From NCBI GenBank assembly GCA_963664115.2, contig CAXWPJ010000012.1:288001-352000 (forward strand): a stretch of 64,000 nt of DNA, written 5' to 3'. The translations under genes and the position numbers were made by a program. Below the pieces are notes generated by a model that worked only from the letters and a program-made list of their open reading frames with translations, did no database searches and had not been told where the DNA came from. The first letter of the stretch is position 1; every line of letters starts with the position of its first letter. The stretch is from Terriglobia bacterium. Its GTDB lineage: Bacteria; Acidobacteriota; Terriglobia; 20CM-2-55-15. Shown here in pieces: positions 1-9,560 of the stretch.

Positions 1-394
1 TCAGTCCGGCGTCGCGCGGGGCTACTTCACAGAACGCATGGTGAATCGAGTCCATAGCCGTCTCCAGGATGAGATCGGGCGATACGGGGCCCGCCTGGAC
101 GACGCCTATTTCTGCCCGCATCTACCGGACTCGGGCTGCCCGTGCCGGAAACCTCAACCTGGAATGCTCTACAAGGGCCATCAGGAATTAGGAATCGATC
201 TCGAAAATTCGTACATGGTGGGGGATCGCTATCTCGACGTGCGAACGGGCAAGGCCGCGGGCACCCGAACGATACTCGTGATGAGCGGCGACGGCAGAAA
301 GGAACGCGAGCTATATCAGGACGAAGAGATCCAGCCCGACCTGTTCGCCGAAGATCTCGCGGAAGCTGCAGAGCTGATACGGAAAGGAAGATGA
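1..394 (+). CDS. gmhB: D-glycero-D-manno-heptose 1,7-bisphosphate phosphatase (5' end outside window)
   Basis: Frame open from the window start (QSGVARGYF); YFCPH...CxCRKP and MVGDRYLD HAD motifs; adjacent to heptose genes. Confidence 0.9.
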   Translation, partial: QSGVARGYFTERMVNRVHSRLQDEIGRYGARLDDAYFCPHLPDSGCPCRKPQPGMLYKGHQELGIDLENSYMVGDRYLDVRTGKAAGTRTILVMSGDGRKERELYQDEEIQPDLFAEDLAEAAELIRKGR

Positions 395-1377
395 CGCTCA
401 AGTCCATCATTGATGCATTTCAGGGCCGGCCGGTGGTGGTGTATGGCGACCTGGTCGCAGATGTTTTTGTCTACGGAGATATCTCCCGTATATCGAGGGA
501 AGCTCCGGTATTGATTCTGTCTCATCGGGAGACGCAAATAGTCCCTGGCGGTGCCGCCAACGCCGTGCACAATCTCTGGGCGCTGGGTGGGGAACCCCTA
601 CCCGTCGGCATTGTCGGCGACGATCGGGAAGGAGAACTGCTTCTCGACTATTTTGCCGCACTCAAGGTCGACACGCGGGGCATAAAAAGGGTGAAATCCT
701 ACCGGACGCCGACCAAGACACGGTTCCTGGCCGGGGCTGCCCACGCGTACCAGCAACAGGTCCTGCGACTGGATGTTGGAGCACCGGTCCAGGCTGATGT
801 GGGACGGGGCGCCATCGGCCGCGCCCTTCGCACACGTCTCAGGAAAGCGGATGCCGCCCTGGTGTCCGACTACGGATACGGTTTGGTCCAACCCGAAATC
901 AGCGCGGAGTTCAGAGGGACCGGTCTCCCCGCGATTGTCGACTCCCGGTACAACATCGGGGCGTACCCGGGCCTGACCGCGGCAACCCCAAACGAGTCTG
1001 AAGTCGAAGCGGCCCTCGGAATCAAAATCGGAAACGATCCGAACAAACTCGAGCTAGCCGGCCGGGCACTGTTGCGGCGACTCAAACACGAAGCCCTCCT
1101 CGTCACCCGTGGAAAGGACGGGATGGCGTTGTTCGAACGCGGGCGGAAGACGACGCATATACCCATCTACGGAACGGACGAGATCGCGGACGTGACCGGT
1201 GCGGGCGACACGGTTATTGCGGTGTTTACGCTGGCGTTATCCACCGGAGCTGGGTTTTCAGATGCTGCGCGGCTGGCCAACTACGCCGGGGGCATTGCCG
1301 TCATGAAGCATGGAACTCGAACCGTAACCCGAAAAGAACTCACGAAAGCCGTCACCTCCGATACTGGGCAAAAGTGA
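391..1377 (+). CDS. hldA: Heptose-7-phosphate kinase (HldA/RfaE domain I, PfkB family)
   Basis: RISREAPV, PGGAAN, TPNESE and DVTGAGDT motifs; ATG at 391 overlaps the gmhB stop (ATGA). Confidence 0.9.
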   Translation: MTLKSIIDAFQGRPVVVYGDLVADVFVYGDISRISREAPVLILSHRETQIVPGGAANAVHNLWALGGEPLPVGIVGDDREGELLLDYFAALKVDTRGIKRVKSYRTPTKTRFLAGAAHAYQQQVLRLDVGAPVQADVGRGAIGRALRTRLRKADAALVSDYGYGLVQPEISAEFRGTGLPAIVDSRYNIGAYPGLTAATPNESEVEAALGIKIGNDPNKLELAGRALLRRLKHEALLVTRGKDGMALFERGRKTTHIPIYGTDEIADVTGAGDTVIAVFTLALSTGAGFSDAARLANYAGGIAVMKHGTRTVTRKELTKAVTSDTGQK

Positions 1378-1391
1378 CGGGCCGACATTAA

Positions 1392-1868
1392 ATGAAACTC
1401 CGCGAACTCGATGAACTACCCGCACTGATTTCAGGGCGGCGCGTGGTCCTTGCGAACGGATGCTTTGACATCCTCCACGTCGGACACGTCCGCTATCTGA
1501 CCGACGCCCGCAGCTACGGAGACCTGCTCGTAGTGGCCCTCAACGACGACGCTTCCGTCCGTCAACTGAAGGGGCCGGGGCGCCCGATCCTGACCCTGGA
1601 CGAACGGGTGGTGCTTGTATCCGCACTGGAGTGCGTCGATTACGTCGTGACGTTTGGAGAGCCGAATGTGTCAACAATAATTGCCGCCCTACAACCCGAC
1701 GTCCATGCCAAAGGGACCGACTACACCGAGGAAACCGTTCCCGAACGCGATCAAGTCGCCCGCCATGGAGGCGAAGTCCGTATCGCCGGTGATCCGAAGG
1801 ATCACTCTACGAAGGACATCTTGACGCGCATACTGGATCGGTATGGGGGAGAAGAAGTTAAGAGTTGA
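1392..1868 (+). CDS. hldC: Heptose-1-phosphate adenylyltransferase (HldC/RfaE domain II)
   Basis: [11 protein letters not shown] (HxGH), LKGPGRP and KGTDY motifs. Confidence 0.9.
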   Translation: MKLRELDELPALISGRRVVLANGCFDILHVGHVRYLTDARSYGDLLVVALNDDASVRQLKGPGRPILTLDERVVLVSALECVDYVVTFGEPNVSTIIAALQPDVHAKGTDYTEETVPERDQVARHGGEVRIAGDPKDHSTKDILTRILDRYGGEEVKS

Positions 1869-1911
1869 TTGTTAAGAACCCGGAGAGAATCGCAGTTCAC
1901 AACTCTTAACT
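1856..1911. repeat. AT-rich inverted repeat (AGTTAAGAGT...ACTCTTAACT family)
   Basis: AGTTAAGAGTTG (1856-1867) pairs with CAACTCTTAACT (1900-1911); same arms recur at 8850-8893. Confidence 0.7.
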
Positions 1912-1964
1912 CATAACTTGCAACTTCTTGTGGTAGTTTCTGAACTGTTTCAAAGGTCACAGCA

Positions 1965-3062
1965 ATGGACCATCAAAGCAAAATCGAAAAGACGGCGGCT
2001 GCGCCCAAACGCATTCTCGTCGTTAAGTTTGGATCCCTGGGTGACATCGTCCACTGCCTGCCATCGGTCAGCCAGCTCCTGCAACACTTTCCCGATGCGG
2101 AAATCGACTGGCTTATAGAACAAAAGAACAAGGTCGTCGTAGAAATGAGTGGTCTCGGCGTACGACTGGTGCCGATCGACACTTACCAGTGGCGATACAG
2201 TCCGGGCCTAGGCAGCGCCAAGGAAATCCTGGATTTCGTCTGGGCACTGCGGACCGACGGCTACGACTGCACGATCGATTTCCAGGGATTGCTGAAATCC
2301 GCTTTCGTCGGCTATCTCTCGGCAGCCCCCGTCCGGATCGGATGGGAGCGGGATTTTCTAAAGGAATCCGCCAGCCGTTTCTTCTATACCGAGGTTGTCA
2401 AGCCGCGCCGCGTCCACATCATTGACCAGCAGATGGAACTGCTCAAACCACTCGGTATTGCACCGGACTGGAATACGCCCGTGCCACTTGAGGCCTCCGC
2501 TTCAGCGCGGGACTCCATCGAACGGAAACTGGGTGACGCGAAAAATTTCGTCCTGATCAATCCGGGTGGAAACTGGGTCACGAAGCGCTGGGAACCTGAG
2601 CGTTTTGGAGCCTTGGCAAGAAAACTGATGGATGACGGCCTGCCGGTTGCAGTGACTTGGGGCCCGGGCGAGCGCGACATCGTCAGCCGGATCGAAGCAG
2701 TAGCGGGCAGGGACATCCTCAAGATCAGTTCTAACCTGCCCGAACTCGTTGCGTTGTGCGAACGTTCTCGTCTCTTCGTCGGGGGCGATACCGGACCCAT
2801 GCATTTTGCAGCCGCGGTTGGAGTCCCCGTCGTTGCGATCTTCGGTCCCACCAGCAGTGACCGCAACGGACCGTTCAAACGCGAGGATATCGTCGTCGAG
2901 CGCCGCTTGGATTGCCGGCCCTGCTACGAACGAGACGCCTGTCCGCTCGAACATCTCAACTGCCTCAAGGAAATCTCTGTTGATGTGGTCTATGAGGCCT
3001 GTAAGAAACGGCTGAGCTTCGAAGCACCCCGATTCCGAAATTCCCAGATCGCTCAAAGCTGA
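1965..3062 (+). CDS. LPS heptosyltransferase (glycosyltransferase family 9, WaaC/WaaF-like)
   Basis: SLGDIVH, DFQGLLKS, DTGPMHFAAA and IFGPT GT9 motifs. Confidence 0.9.
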   Translation: MDHQSKIEKTAAAPKRILVVKFGSLGDIVHCLPSVSQLLQHFPDAEIDWLIEQKNKVVVEMSGLGVRLVPIDTYQWRYSPGLGSAKEILDFVWALRTDGYDCTIDFQGLLKSAFVGYLSAAPVRIGWERDFLKESASRFFYTEVVKPRRVHIIDQQMELLKPLGIAPDWNTPVPLEASASARDSIERKLGDAKNFVLINPGGNWVTKRWEPERFGALARKLMDDGLPVAVTWGPGERDIVSRIEAVAGRDILKISSNLPELVALCERSRLFVGGDTGPMHFAAAVGVPVVAIFGPTSSDRNGPFKREDIVVERRLDCRPCYERDACPLEHLNCLKEISVDVVYEACKKRLSFEAPRFRNSQIAQS

Positions 3063-3592
3063 TGCTCAAGCGTCTCGCACGCGCACGCGTTCCGCTCGGA
3101 TTTGCCCTCGCAGCCGCCGTCCTATACCTGGCAAGGCCCTCCATGGGGACGCTGGCCATCGGGTTCCCCATTGCCCTTGCCGGCATCATCTTTCGAGGAG
3201 CCGCGGCGGGAGTCATCCGTAAGAATGCTGCCCTGGCGCAGCAGGGACCCTACCGGATGACGCGCAACCCTCTGTATTTCGGAAGCTTTCTGCTGGCGCT
3301 GGGCTTTGCAGTCATGAGCGGCAGCCTGGGGGCCGCATTGCTTCTCGTTGTCCCATCGGCACTGATCTATCCGGTCGTGATAAAGGGCGAAGAAGCTTAT
3401 TTGCGCGATTCCTTCCACTCGGAGTTCGACGCGTTCTGCCAGAGCGTCCCCTGCTTTCTGCCCCGTCGACTCAATCGGAAAGTCTTCGAGTCGTTTTCCC
3501 TGGATTGCTATCTCGCCAATCGCGAGTACAACGCCGCCATCGGCTTCGTCGCGACGATGGTCGTTCTGCTGACTAAGTACGTGCTGGGTTAA
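3062..3592 (+). CDS. Isoprenylcysteine carboxyl methyltransferase-family membrane protein
   Basis: GPYRMTRNPLYFG and EEAYL motifs; hydrophobic helices. Confidence 0.8.
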   Translation: MLKRLARARVPLGFALAAAVLYLARPSMGTLAIGFPIALAGIIFRGAAAGVIRKNAALAQQGPYRMTRNPLYFGSFLLALGFAVMSGSLGAALLLVVPSALIYPVVIKGEEAYLRDSFHSEFDAFCQSVPCFLPRRLNRKVFESFSLDCYLANREYNAAIGFVATMVVLLTKYVLG

Positions 3593-3603
3593 TCTCTTAT
3601 CGA

Positions 3604-3793
3604 TCGGAGCATTTTTATTACTCTGAACGCCTCGGCTTCCGCCTCGTTGTTCACCCGCAGCGAGGAACGCTGCGGGTCTTCTTGGGGACTGCTTCAACAT
3701 TCCGGCTATCCCGAATAACCCTCGCCATCAGGATGATGGCGAGGGTCGCCGGTCGTTCGGCCAGGATGGCCGTTTGAACGACCGAGCGAAATC
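3604..3793 (+). repeat. ~190-bp dispersed intergenic repeat, copy 1
   Basis: Aligns over its whole length with the reverse complement of 28309-28499; internal hairpins. Confidence 0.85.
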
Positions 3794-3954
3794 TTATTTC
3801 CGGTATTTCCAACCCCTGACGCTCTCACGCATTCTCACAATCCCAATTCCGTCATTCTTCCTCTTTTCGGTCCACATTCGGTCCTCACCGAGGGGTGCCT
3901 GCGACAGCCCGACTGATTCCACCTGATCGCAATCCGCACTGACCAATAAACCGG

Positions 3955-3983
3955 TTGATTTCAGTGACCTGCGAACCTATACT
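3955..3983 (+). promoter_or_regulatory. Sigma70-like promoter of the rimP-nusA-infB operon
   Basis: TTGATT-17 bp-TATACT. Confidence 0.65.
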
Positions 3984-3996
3984 TTTTCTGTAGACG

Positions 3997-4027
3997 AAAG
4001 TGGGCCGCTGAGCCCACTTTTTTGTTT
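3997..4027 (+). terminator. rimP leader hairpin / attenuator
   Basis: AAAGTGGGC-cgctga-GCCCACTTT followed by a T tract just upstream of rimP. Confidence 0.7.
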
Positions 4028-4041
4028 GCAAGGGAGTTGAG

Positions 4042-4521
4042 CTGGATCAAATTCGTCAGCTTGTTAGTGAAATTGTTGTTGCCGAAGGATTTGAGCTGGT
4101 TGACCTTGAACTCAAGGGTTCAGGACGGGAGCGTGTCCTTCGAGTTTTCATCGACAATGAAGACGGAGTTTCGCACCGCGATTGCGCGTTGATCAGTGAG
4201 CAGGTTGGAACGGTTCTCGATGTCGAAGATTTAATACAATTTTCGTACACGCTGGAAGTTTCCTCACCGGGTCTGGATCGCAAACTGGTCAGCAGGAATG
4301 ACTTTGCGCGGTTCGAAGGGCATTTGGCAAAGATCCAGACTCAATCTCCGCTTCACAAGCAGATGGTTTTCAAGGGCCGCCTCCAGGGCCTCCAGGGAGA
4401 CAACGTTCAGCTGGAGCTGTCTAAGGGCGAGCTATTGGCAATACCCTTCGACCTGATTCGGGCTGCACGCTTGGAAGTAGACTGGGACTTGGAAATGATA
4501 CGCCGTCCAAGGAGTCGGTAA
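4042..4521 (+). CDS. rimP: Ribosome maturation factor RimP (probable non-canonical CTG start)
   Basis: LRVFID, DCALISE and YTLEVSSPGLDR motifs; homology extends upstream of the ORF-track start at 4189. Confidence 0.88.
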   Translation: MDQIRQLVSEIVVAEGFELVDLELKGSGRERVLRVFIDNEDGVSHRDCALISEQVGTVLDVEDLIQFSYTLEVSSPGLDRKLVSRNDFARFEGHLAKIQTQSPLHKQMVFKGRLQGLQGDNVQLELSKGELLAIPFDLIRAARLEVDWDLEMIRRPRSR

Positions 4522-4523
4522 CG

Positions 4524-6116
4524 ATGTCTAATGTGTTGTTCCAGACGATCGACCAGATAAGCCGCGAAAAAGGGATCGACCCGCAAGTCGTCATCGATGC
4601 CATTGAAGATGCGATCGTGGTGGCCTCTCGGAAGTACTTCAAGACTGACGAAGAACTTCGATCCAGAATCAATCCGGAATCGGGCGAAATCGAAGTGTTC
4701 GGGGTTAAGAAGGTTGTCGAAACTGTCGAAGATGAAATACTCGAGATCTCCCTGGAAGAAGCTCAGTCACTCAGAGACGGTGTCCAGGTCGATGATGAAT
4801 TGGAATTTCAAAAACCGACCGAAGGACTGGGACGGATCGCGGCGCAGATGGCCAAGCAGGTCATTTTCCAAAAGGTTCGAGAAGCCGAAAGAGAAAGCGT
4901 CTACTCCGAATACCACGAACATGTGGGCGAAATCGTCAACTGCATCGTCAAGCGGTTTGAAAACGGCGACATCATCGTGGAATTGGGTAAGACCGAGGGC
5001 CGGCTTCCACGCAGGGAACAGTCTCGTCTGGAAAGCTTCACGGTCGGTGACCGCATGCGAGTCGTCATCATTCGGGTTGAAAAGACGACCCGCGGACCAC
5101 AGGTGATCGTGTCCCGAGCGGACTCTATTCTTGTTCAGAATTTGTTCCAGACCGAAGTACCGGAGATTTACGACGGTACCGTACTGATTCGAAGTATTGC
5201 GCGGGAGGCCGGCGAACGGACGAAAATTGCCGTCACCTCAAGGGAGCGGGACGTCGATCCTGTTGGCGCTTGCGTCGGCATGAAAGGGAGTCGAGTCCAA
5301 TCAATTATCCGTGAGCTGAGGGGTGAAAAGATCGACATCATCCAGTGGTCCGACGACCTCGAAACGTTCGCGACCAATGCAATCAGTCCTGCACAGGTCA
5401 GCCGTGTCTCGATCCTGGACACGTCGAATGTCGAACGAAGAGAAGGGGAGGAACCACCGCGGGTTTTGGACATCGTGGTCGAAGACAGCCAGCTTTCGCT
5501 GGCGATCGGTAAGAAGGGCCAGAACGTAAGACTGGCTTCAAAGCTCATAGGGTGGCGCATCGACATCAAGAGCGAAGCGGAAAAGCGCGCCGAAATCGAA
5601 GACCAGATCAATCGCATGCAGGCAGCAACACCGCTGGAATCCATTGAAGGTCTGACGCCGGGCATCATTAGTAAGCTGGCGGCGGCGGATATCACGACCG
5701 TCGAACAGCTGGCCGACCTGGCGCCGGAAGACCTGGAAGCTCTTCCTGGAATTGGCGGTAAAACGATCGACAAGATCCGCGACGAATTGTCCGAGTACTA
5801 TGCCGCAATGCCGACCTATGAAGACGACCTCGAGAGATCGACTCAGGAACGCATGTTTGGCAAATCCGACGACGAAGACGCCCCCGAACCGGAAAGCGCT
5901 GGGCCGGAGAGTGTTCCAGAAAACAGTCTTCCGGACAATGACGCAGCTACAAAACCTGAGACTTCCGATGAAGACACTCCTTCCCTCCAGGTTGACGCTG
6001 TAGTGGACGGCGGACATAGCGAGGTTGAAGAGGCAGTCGCAGATGAGGCCTCAGAGGTGGTGGCAGATGCCGCGGCTGATGCGGTCGCCAACACGGTTCC
6101 AGATGAGGCCGCATAA
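4524..6116 (+). CDS. nusA: Transcription termination/antitermination factor NusA
   Basis: GRIAAQMAKQVI, S1/KH domains, AIGKKGQNVRLA; acidic C-terminal tail. Confidence 0.97.
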   Translation: MSNVLFQTIDQISREKGIDPQVVIDAIEDAIVVASRKYFKTDEELRSRINPESGEIEVFGVKKVVETVEDEILEISLEEAQSLRDGVQVDDELEFQKPTEGLGRIAAQMAKQVIFQKVREAERESVYSEYHEHVGEIVNCIVKRFENGDIIVELGKTEGRLPRREQSRLESFTVGDRMRVVIIRVEKTTRGPQVIVSRADSILVQNLFQTEVPEIYDGTVLIRSIAREAGERTKIAVTSRERDVDPVGACVGMKGSRVQSIIRELRGEKIDIIQWSDDLETFATNAISPAQVSRVSILDTSNVERREGEEPPRVLDIVVEDSQLSLAIGKKGQNVRLASKLIGWRIDIKSEAEKRAEIEDQINRMQAATPLESIEGLTPGIISKLAAADITTVEQLADLAPEDLEALPGIGGKTIDKIRDELSEYYAAMPTYEDDLERSTQERMFGKSDDEDAPEPESAGPESVPENSLPDNDAATKPETSDEDTPSLQVDAVVDGGHSEVEEAVADEASEVVADAAADAVANTVPDEAA

Positions 6117-6292
6117 GTTACCGAGGACGCAGAAAGCGAATAAAGGGAACATGGGACGAACATTCAACGGCAAACGCCAGAGCGGTTTTCTCAGAGAAGA
6201 GGCACGCATCGAGGTGTGCATCCATCACTCCAATGGCCCACATGGTACTCTGTCCGTTTGGATCTCTGCCGCCGGGAGGTTAAGGCTACAGA

Positions 6293-8821
6293 ATGGCTAA
6301 GCTGCGAGTCTATCACCTAGCACGCGAACTCAATCGCGACAATAGCGAAGTGATTCGAGAGTTACAGCACTTGGGTGCACCGGTCACATCACACTCCAAT
6401 ACGGTCGAAGACCGTATGGCGGAGCAGTTGAGAAAAACTCTCGGCGTCTTCGTCCTCGAAAAACCCAAGAAGAAGGCCAAAGCGAAGAAGGCTAAGGGAG
6501 CAGCGACCGAGACGAAACCGGATGAGAAGAAACCGGGAAAAGTAACGTCCGAGCCCAAGTTGGTCAAGGCCAAGCCAAAGCCAGTCGATCCCGTTGAAGC
6601 ACCTCAGCCATCAACCACTGCCGAAAAACCACCCGAACCGCTTGAAGTCAGGGCAGAAGCTACTAAAACTCAAGCCACCCCGGCTGCGCCGCCTCCGGTT
6701 CCGACGCTGGAAAAGCCCGCCGACACCGAGGCGGACACCAAAGCGCCGGTGGCCCCGAAACCTGCAGCCTCAGCACGGCCTGTCGAGAGACGCAAGACCA
6801 TGCAGCAGTTGGCTCAAGAGCGACTGCGTCAGCAGAATCGGCCGGTTCCCACGCCGGGTCGCAGGATCGTGCCCACACGTAGCGGACGAACCGCGCCCGT
6901 TCGCCCTGGACCCGGAAGTTCGGTTCCTTCCCGCCCCCGCGGTCCCGCAGGGCCGCGGCATGACACGCGTCGGGACCGTCCGAGGCCGACGCGGGCTCAA
7001 CGTGTCGCGCGTACGATGCAACGGCGGCCGATGCCGCAGGTCAAGCCGGAAGTAGTACGCGAGTTCCGGAGGGTCACGTTGACCGAAAACCTGACGGTCA
7101 AGGAGCTGGCCGAAAAGCTGGAAGCGCGATCCAAAGATGTCATCAAGAAACTGATGGACCGCGGGATGTTCGCGACGATCAATCAGACCCTGGACAAGGA
7201 CCTGGCCGTGGAGCTCTGCAAGGATTTCAATGCAGAAGCCGATTTCGTCACGTTTGAAGAGAGCGTGTTGCTGGAAGCGGTCGAGGTGAGCGAACCGGAG
7301 AACATGGAATTGCGCCCTCCCGTGATTACCATCATGGGACATGTCGATCACGGCAAGACTTCTCTTCTTGACGCGATCCGGGAAACGCGCGTGACCGATT
7401 CCGAACACGGGGGCATTACCCAGCATATCGGGGCATACCAAGTTCAGGTGGGTGAGCGCAAGCTTACGTTCCTCGACACTCCCGGTCATGAAGCATTCAC
7501 CCTGATGAGAGCACGTGGCGCATCGGTCACCGACGTCGTCATTCTCGTGGTGGCGGCCGACGACGGCGTCATGCCCCAGACCCTGGAGTCGATTTCCCAT
7601 ACGAAGGCGGCCAACGTCCCTCTTCTGGTTGCGATCAACAAGATCGATGTTCCGAACGCCGATGTCGAACGGGTCAAACGCGAGCTTGCCGAGAAGGAAC
7701 TCCTGGCTGAAGACTGGGGTGGGGACACTGTCATGGTCGAAGTTTCAGCCAAGCAAAAGACCAACCTCGATCTCCTGCTGGAAATGATCCTGCTCGTTGT
7801 CGATATGCGGCAGCTCAAAGGAGACCCGAATTTCCCGGCAATGGGCACGGCTCTTGAAGCGAAACTGGACAAGGGGCGTGGAAACGTCGCGACCATGCTG
7901 GTCCAAAACGGCACCCTCAAAGTTGGAGACAACTTCATTGTCGGTGCGGTGTATGGCAAGGTTCGTGCGATGTATGACGATAAGGGAAATCAGGTCGACA
8001 CTGCGGGCCCGTCGGTTCCAGTGGAAGTGCTCGGTCTTCAAGGACTCCCAATGGCCGGCGACTCTTTCCAGGTGATTACGGACGACACGAAAGCTCGCCA
8101 AATATCACAGTTCCGTCAGGAGCAGTTGCGCGACGTAGAGCTTGCGAAAAAGTCCCGTATGACCTTGGATCAGCTGCATGTCCGGATGGAAAAGGGCGAA
8201 GTCAAGGAAGTCCCGATCGTCCTGAAGGGCGATGTGCAGGGTTCGACAGAGGTCCTGACTGAAATGCTGAACAAGCTCGAAACAGCGAAGGTCAAGGTTC
8301 GGATCATACACGCCGCTGTCGGCGCGATCACCGAGTACGATGTACTGCTTGCAGCGACTTCGAATGCGATTATCGTCGGCTTCAATGTTCGTCCCGAGAA
8401 AAAAGCTGCCGCAATTGCGGTCCACGAGAACGTCGACATCCGATTGCACACCGTCATCTACCACGTGGTGGACGAAATGAAGCAGGCGATGGTGGGTGTC
8501 TTGGATCCGGTTACGAAAGAAACGTACATGGGGGCTGCGGAGGTTCGCGACACCTTCCGCGTTCCGAAGATCGGAACCATTGCCGGCAGTTACGTTACCG
8601 ATGGCCGACTTGCCCGTAACACGCAAGTCAGATTGTTGCGCGACAACGTCGTCATTTTCGAAGGCAGGATTGGATCGCTGAAACGATTCAAGGACGACGC
8701 CGCCGAGGTCCGATCCGGCTACGAATGTGGCATCGGAATACAGGGCTACAACGACGTCAAAGTCGGAGACGTTATTGAAGCCTTCTCCACTGAGCAAATC
8801 GCTGCCGAGATTGGAATTTAA
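6293..8821 (+). CDS. infB: Translation initiation factor IF-2
   Basis: GHVDHGKTSLLD, DTPGHEAF, NKID and GYECGI motifs. Confidence 0.98.
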   Translation: MAKLRVYHLARELNRDNSEVIRELQHLGAPVTSHSNTVEDRMAEQLRKTLGVFVLEKPKKKAKAKKAKGAATETKPDEKKPGKVTSEPKLVKAKPKPVDPVEAPQPSTTAEKPPEPLEVRAEATKTQATPAAPPPVPTLEKPADTEADTKAPVAPKPAASARPVERRKTMQQLAQERLRQQNRPVPTPGRRIVPTRSGRTAPVRPGPGSSVPSRPRGPAGPRHDTRRDRPRPTRAQRVARTMQRRPMPQVKPEVVREFRRVTLTENLTVKELAEKLEARSKDVIKKLMDRGMFATINQTLDKDLAVELCKDFNAEADFVTFEESVLLEAVEVSEPENMELRPPVITIMGHVDHGKTSLLDAIRETRVTDSEHGGITQHIGAYQVQVGERKLTFLDTPGHEAFTLMRARGASVTDVVILVVAADDGVMPQTLESISHTKAANVPLLVAINKIDVPNADVERVKRELAEKELLAEDWGGDTVMVEVSAKQKTNLDLLLEMILLVVDMRQLKGDPNFPAMGTALEAKLDKGRGNVATMLVQNGTLKVGDNFIVGAVYGKVRAMYDDKGNQVDTAGPSVPVEVLGLQGLPMAGDSFQVITDDTKARQISQFRQEQLRDVELAKKSRMTLDQLHVRMEKGEVKEVPIVLKGDVQGSTEVLTEMLNKLETAKVKVRIIHAAVGAITEYDVLLAATSNAIIVGFNVRPEKKAAAIAVHENVDIRLHTVIYHVVDEMKQAMVGVLDPVTKETYMGAAEVRDTFRVPKIGTIAGSYVTDGRLARNTQVRLLRDNVVIFEGRIGSLKRFKDDAAEVRSGYECGIGIQGYNDVKVGDVIEAFSTEQIAAEIGI

Positions 8822-8849
8822 GCCGCAGCTTTCGCTCGGGAAAGTAATG

Positions 8850-8893
8850 AGTTAAGAGTGAATCTAGTTTGCAAATGCGCGACACTCTTAACT
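8850..8893. repeat. AT-rich inverted repeat (same family as 1856-1911)
   Basis: AGTTAAGAGTG / CACTCTTAACT. Confidence 0.7.
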
Positions 8894-8922
8894 GGTAACT
8901 TTCAACTCTCAACTTCTTTCTC

Positions 8923-9204
8923 ATGCATATCGGGCTGCTCCAACTCGACGTCCATATCCCCTACGCGCATTCTCTAAAAGATAAACGAATGGCCTTGCGA
9001 AGCCTGAAGGATCGCTTGCGCAAACGCTACAACGTTTCTATTTCTGAACTGGACCATCAGGACCTCTGGCAACGCGCAGCGGTCGGCATCGTCAGCATTG
9101 GTCCCGATGCAGGCTACCTGAAAACACAATTGAACCTGGCCCTCGATGAAGTCGAGCGGATTTTGCCCGATTGTACGGTAAACGGCAGTATCGAGTTCCT
9201 GTAA
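8923..9204 (+). CDS. DUF503 (YlxP-like) protein
   Basis: SLKDKR...NVSISE..HQDLWQRA motif; conserved position between infB and rbfA. Confidence 0.85.
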   Translation: MHIGLLQLDVHIPYAHSLKDKRMALRSLKDRLRKRYNVSISELDHQDLWQRAAVGIVSIGPDAGYLKTQLNLALDEVERILPDCTVNGSIEFL

Positions 9205-9560
9205 TGGCTGAAAAGATAAGATTGGATCGCCTGGCTCAACAGCTGAGGACCGAACTCGACGCGCTGATCGAAAGCGAGATCGACGATCCGCGTGTGGACA
9301 TGGTTCGAGTAACGCATGTCCGTGTCTCAAACGATATGAGATACGCTCGCGTCTATTTCAACACATTGGGGAGTGATGGAGAGCGCACGACGGCTCTCGA
9401 AGGGCTTGAATCCGCCAAGGGTTTTCTGCGAAGACAGTTGAGTCACCGGCTGGGCCACCTCAAGAAAACTCCGGAACTGACCTTCGACTACGACGAGTCC
9501 GTCGAAAAGGAAATGAGGATCGAAGAGCTTCTGGCTCAAATTGATTCCGGGGAACGATGA
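9204..9560 (+). CDS. rbfA: Ribosome-binding factor A
   Basis: DPR, VSNDMRYARVY and TPELTFDYD motifs; ATG overlaps the upstream TAA. Confidence 0.93.
   Translation: MAEKIRLDRLAQQLRTELDALIESEIDDPRVDMVRVTHVRVSNDMRYARVYFNTLGSDGERTTALEGLESAKGFLRRQLSHRLGHLKKTPELTFDYDESVEKEMRIEELLAQIDSGER

Noticed and set aside
6025-6300. ORF between nusA and infB as YlxR/L7Ae
   Set aside because: No RxCxxC or L7Ae motifs; overlaps the nusA tail
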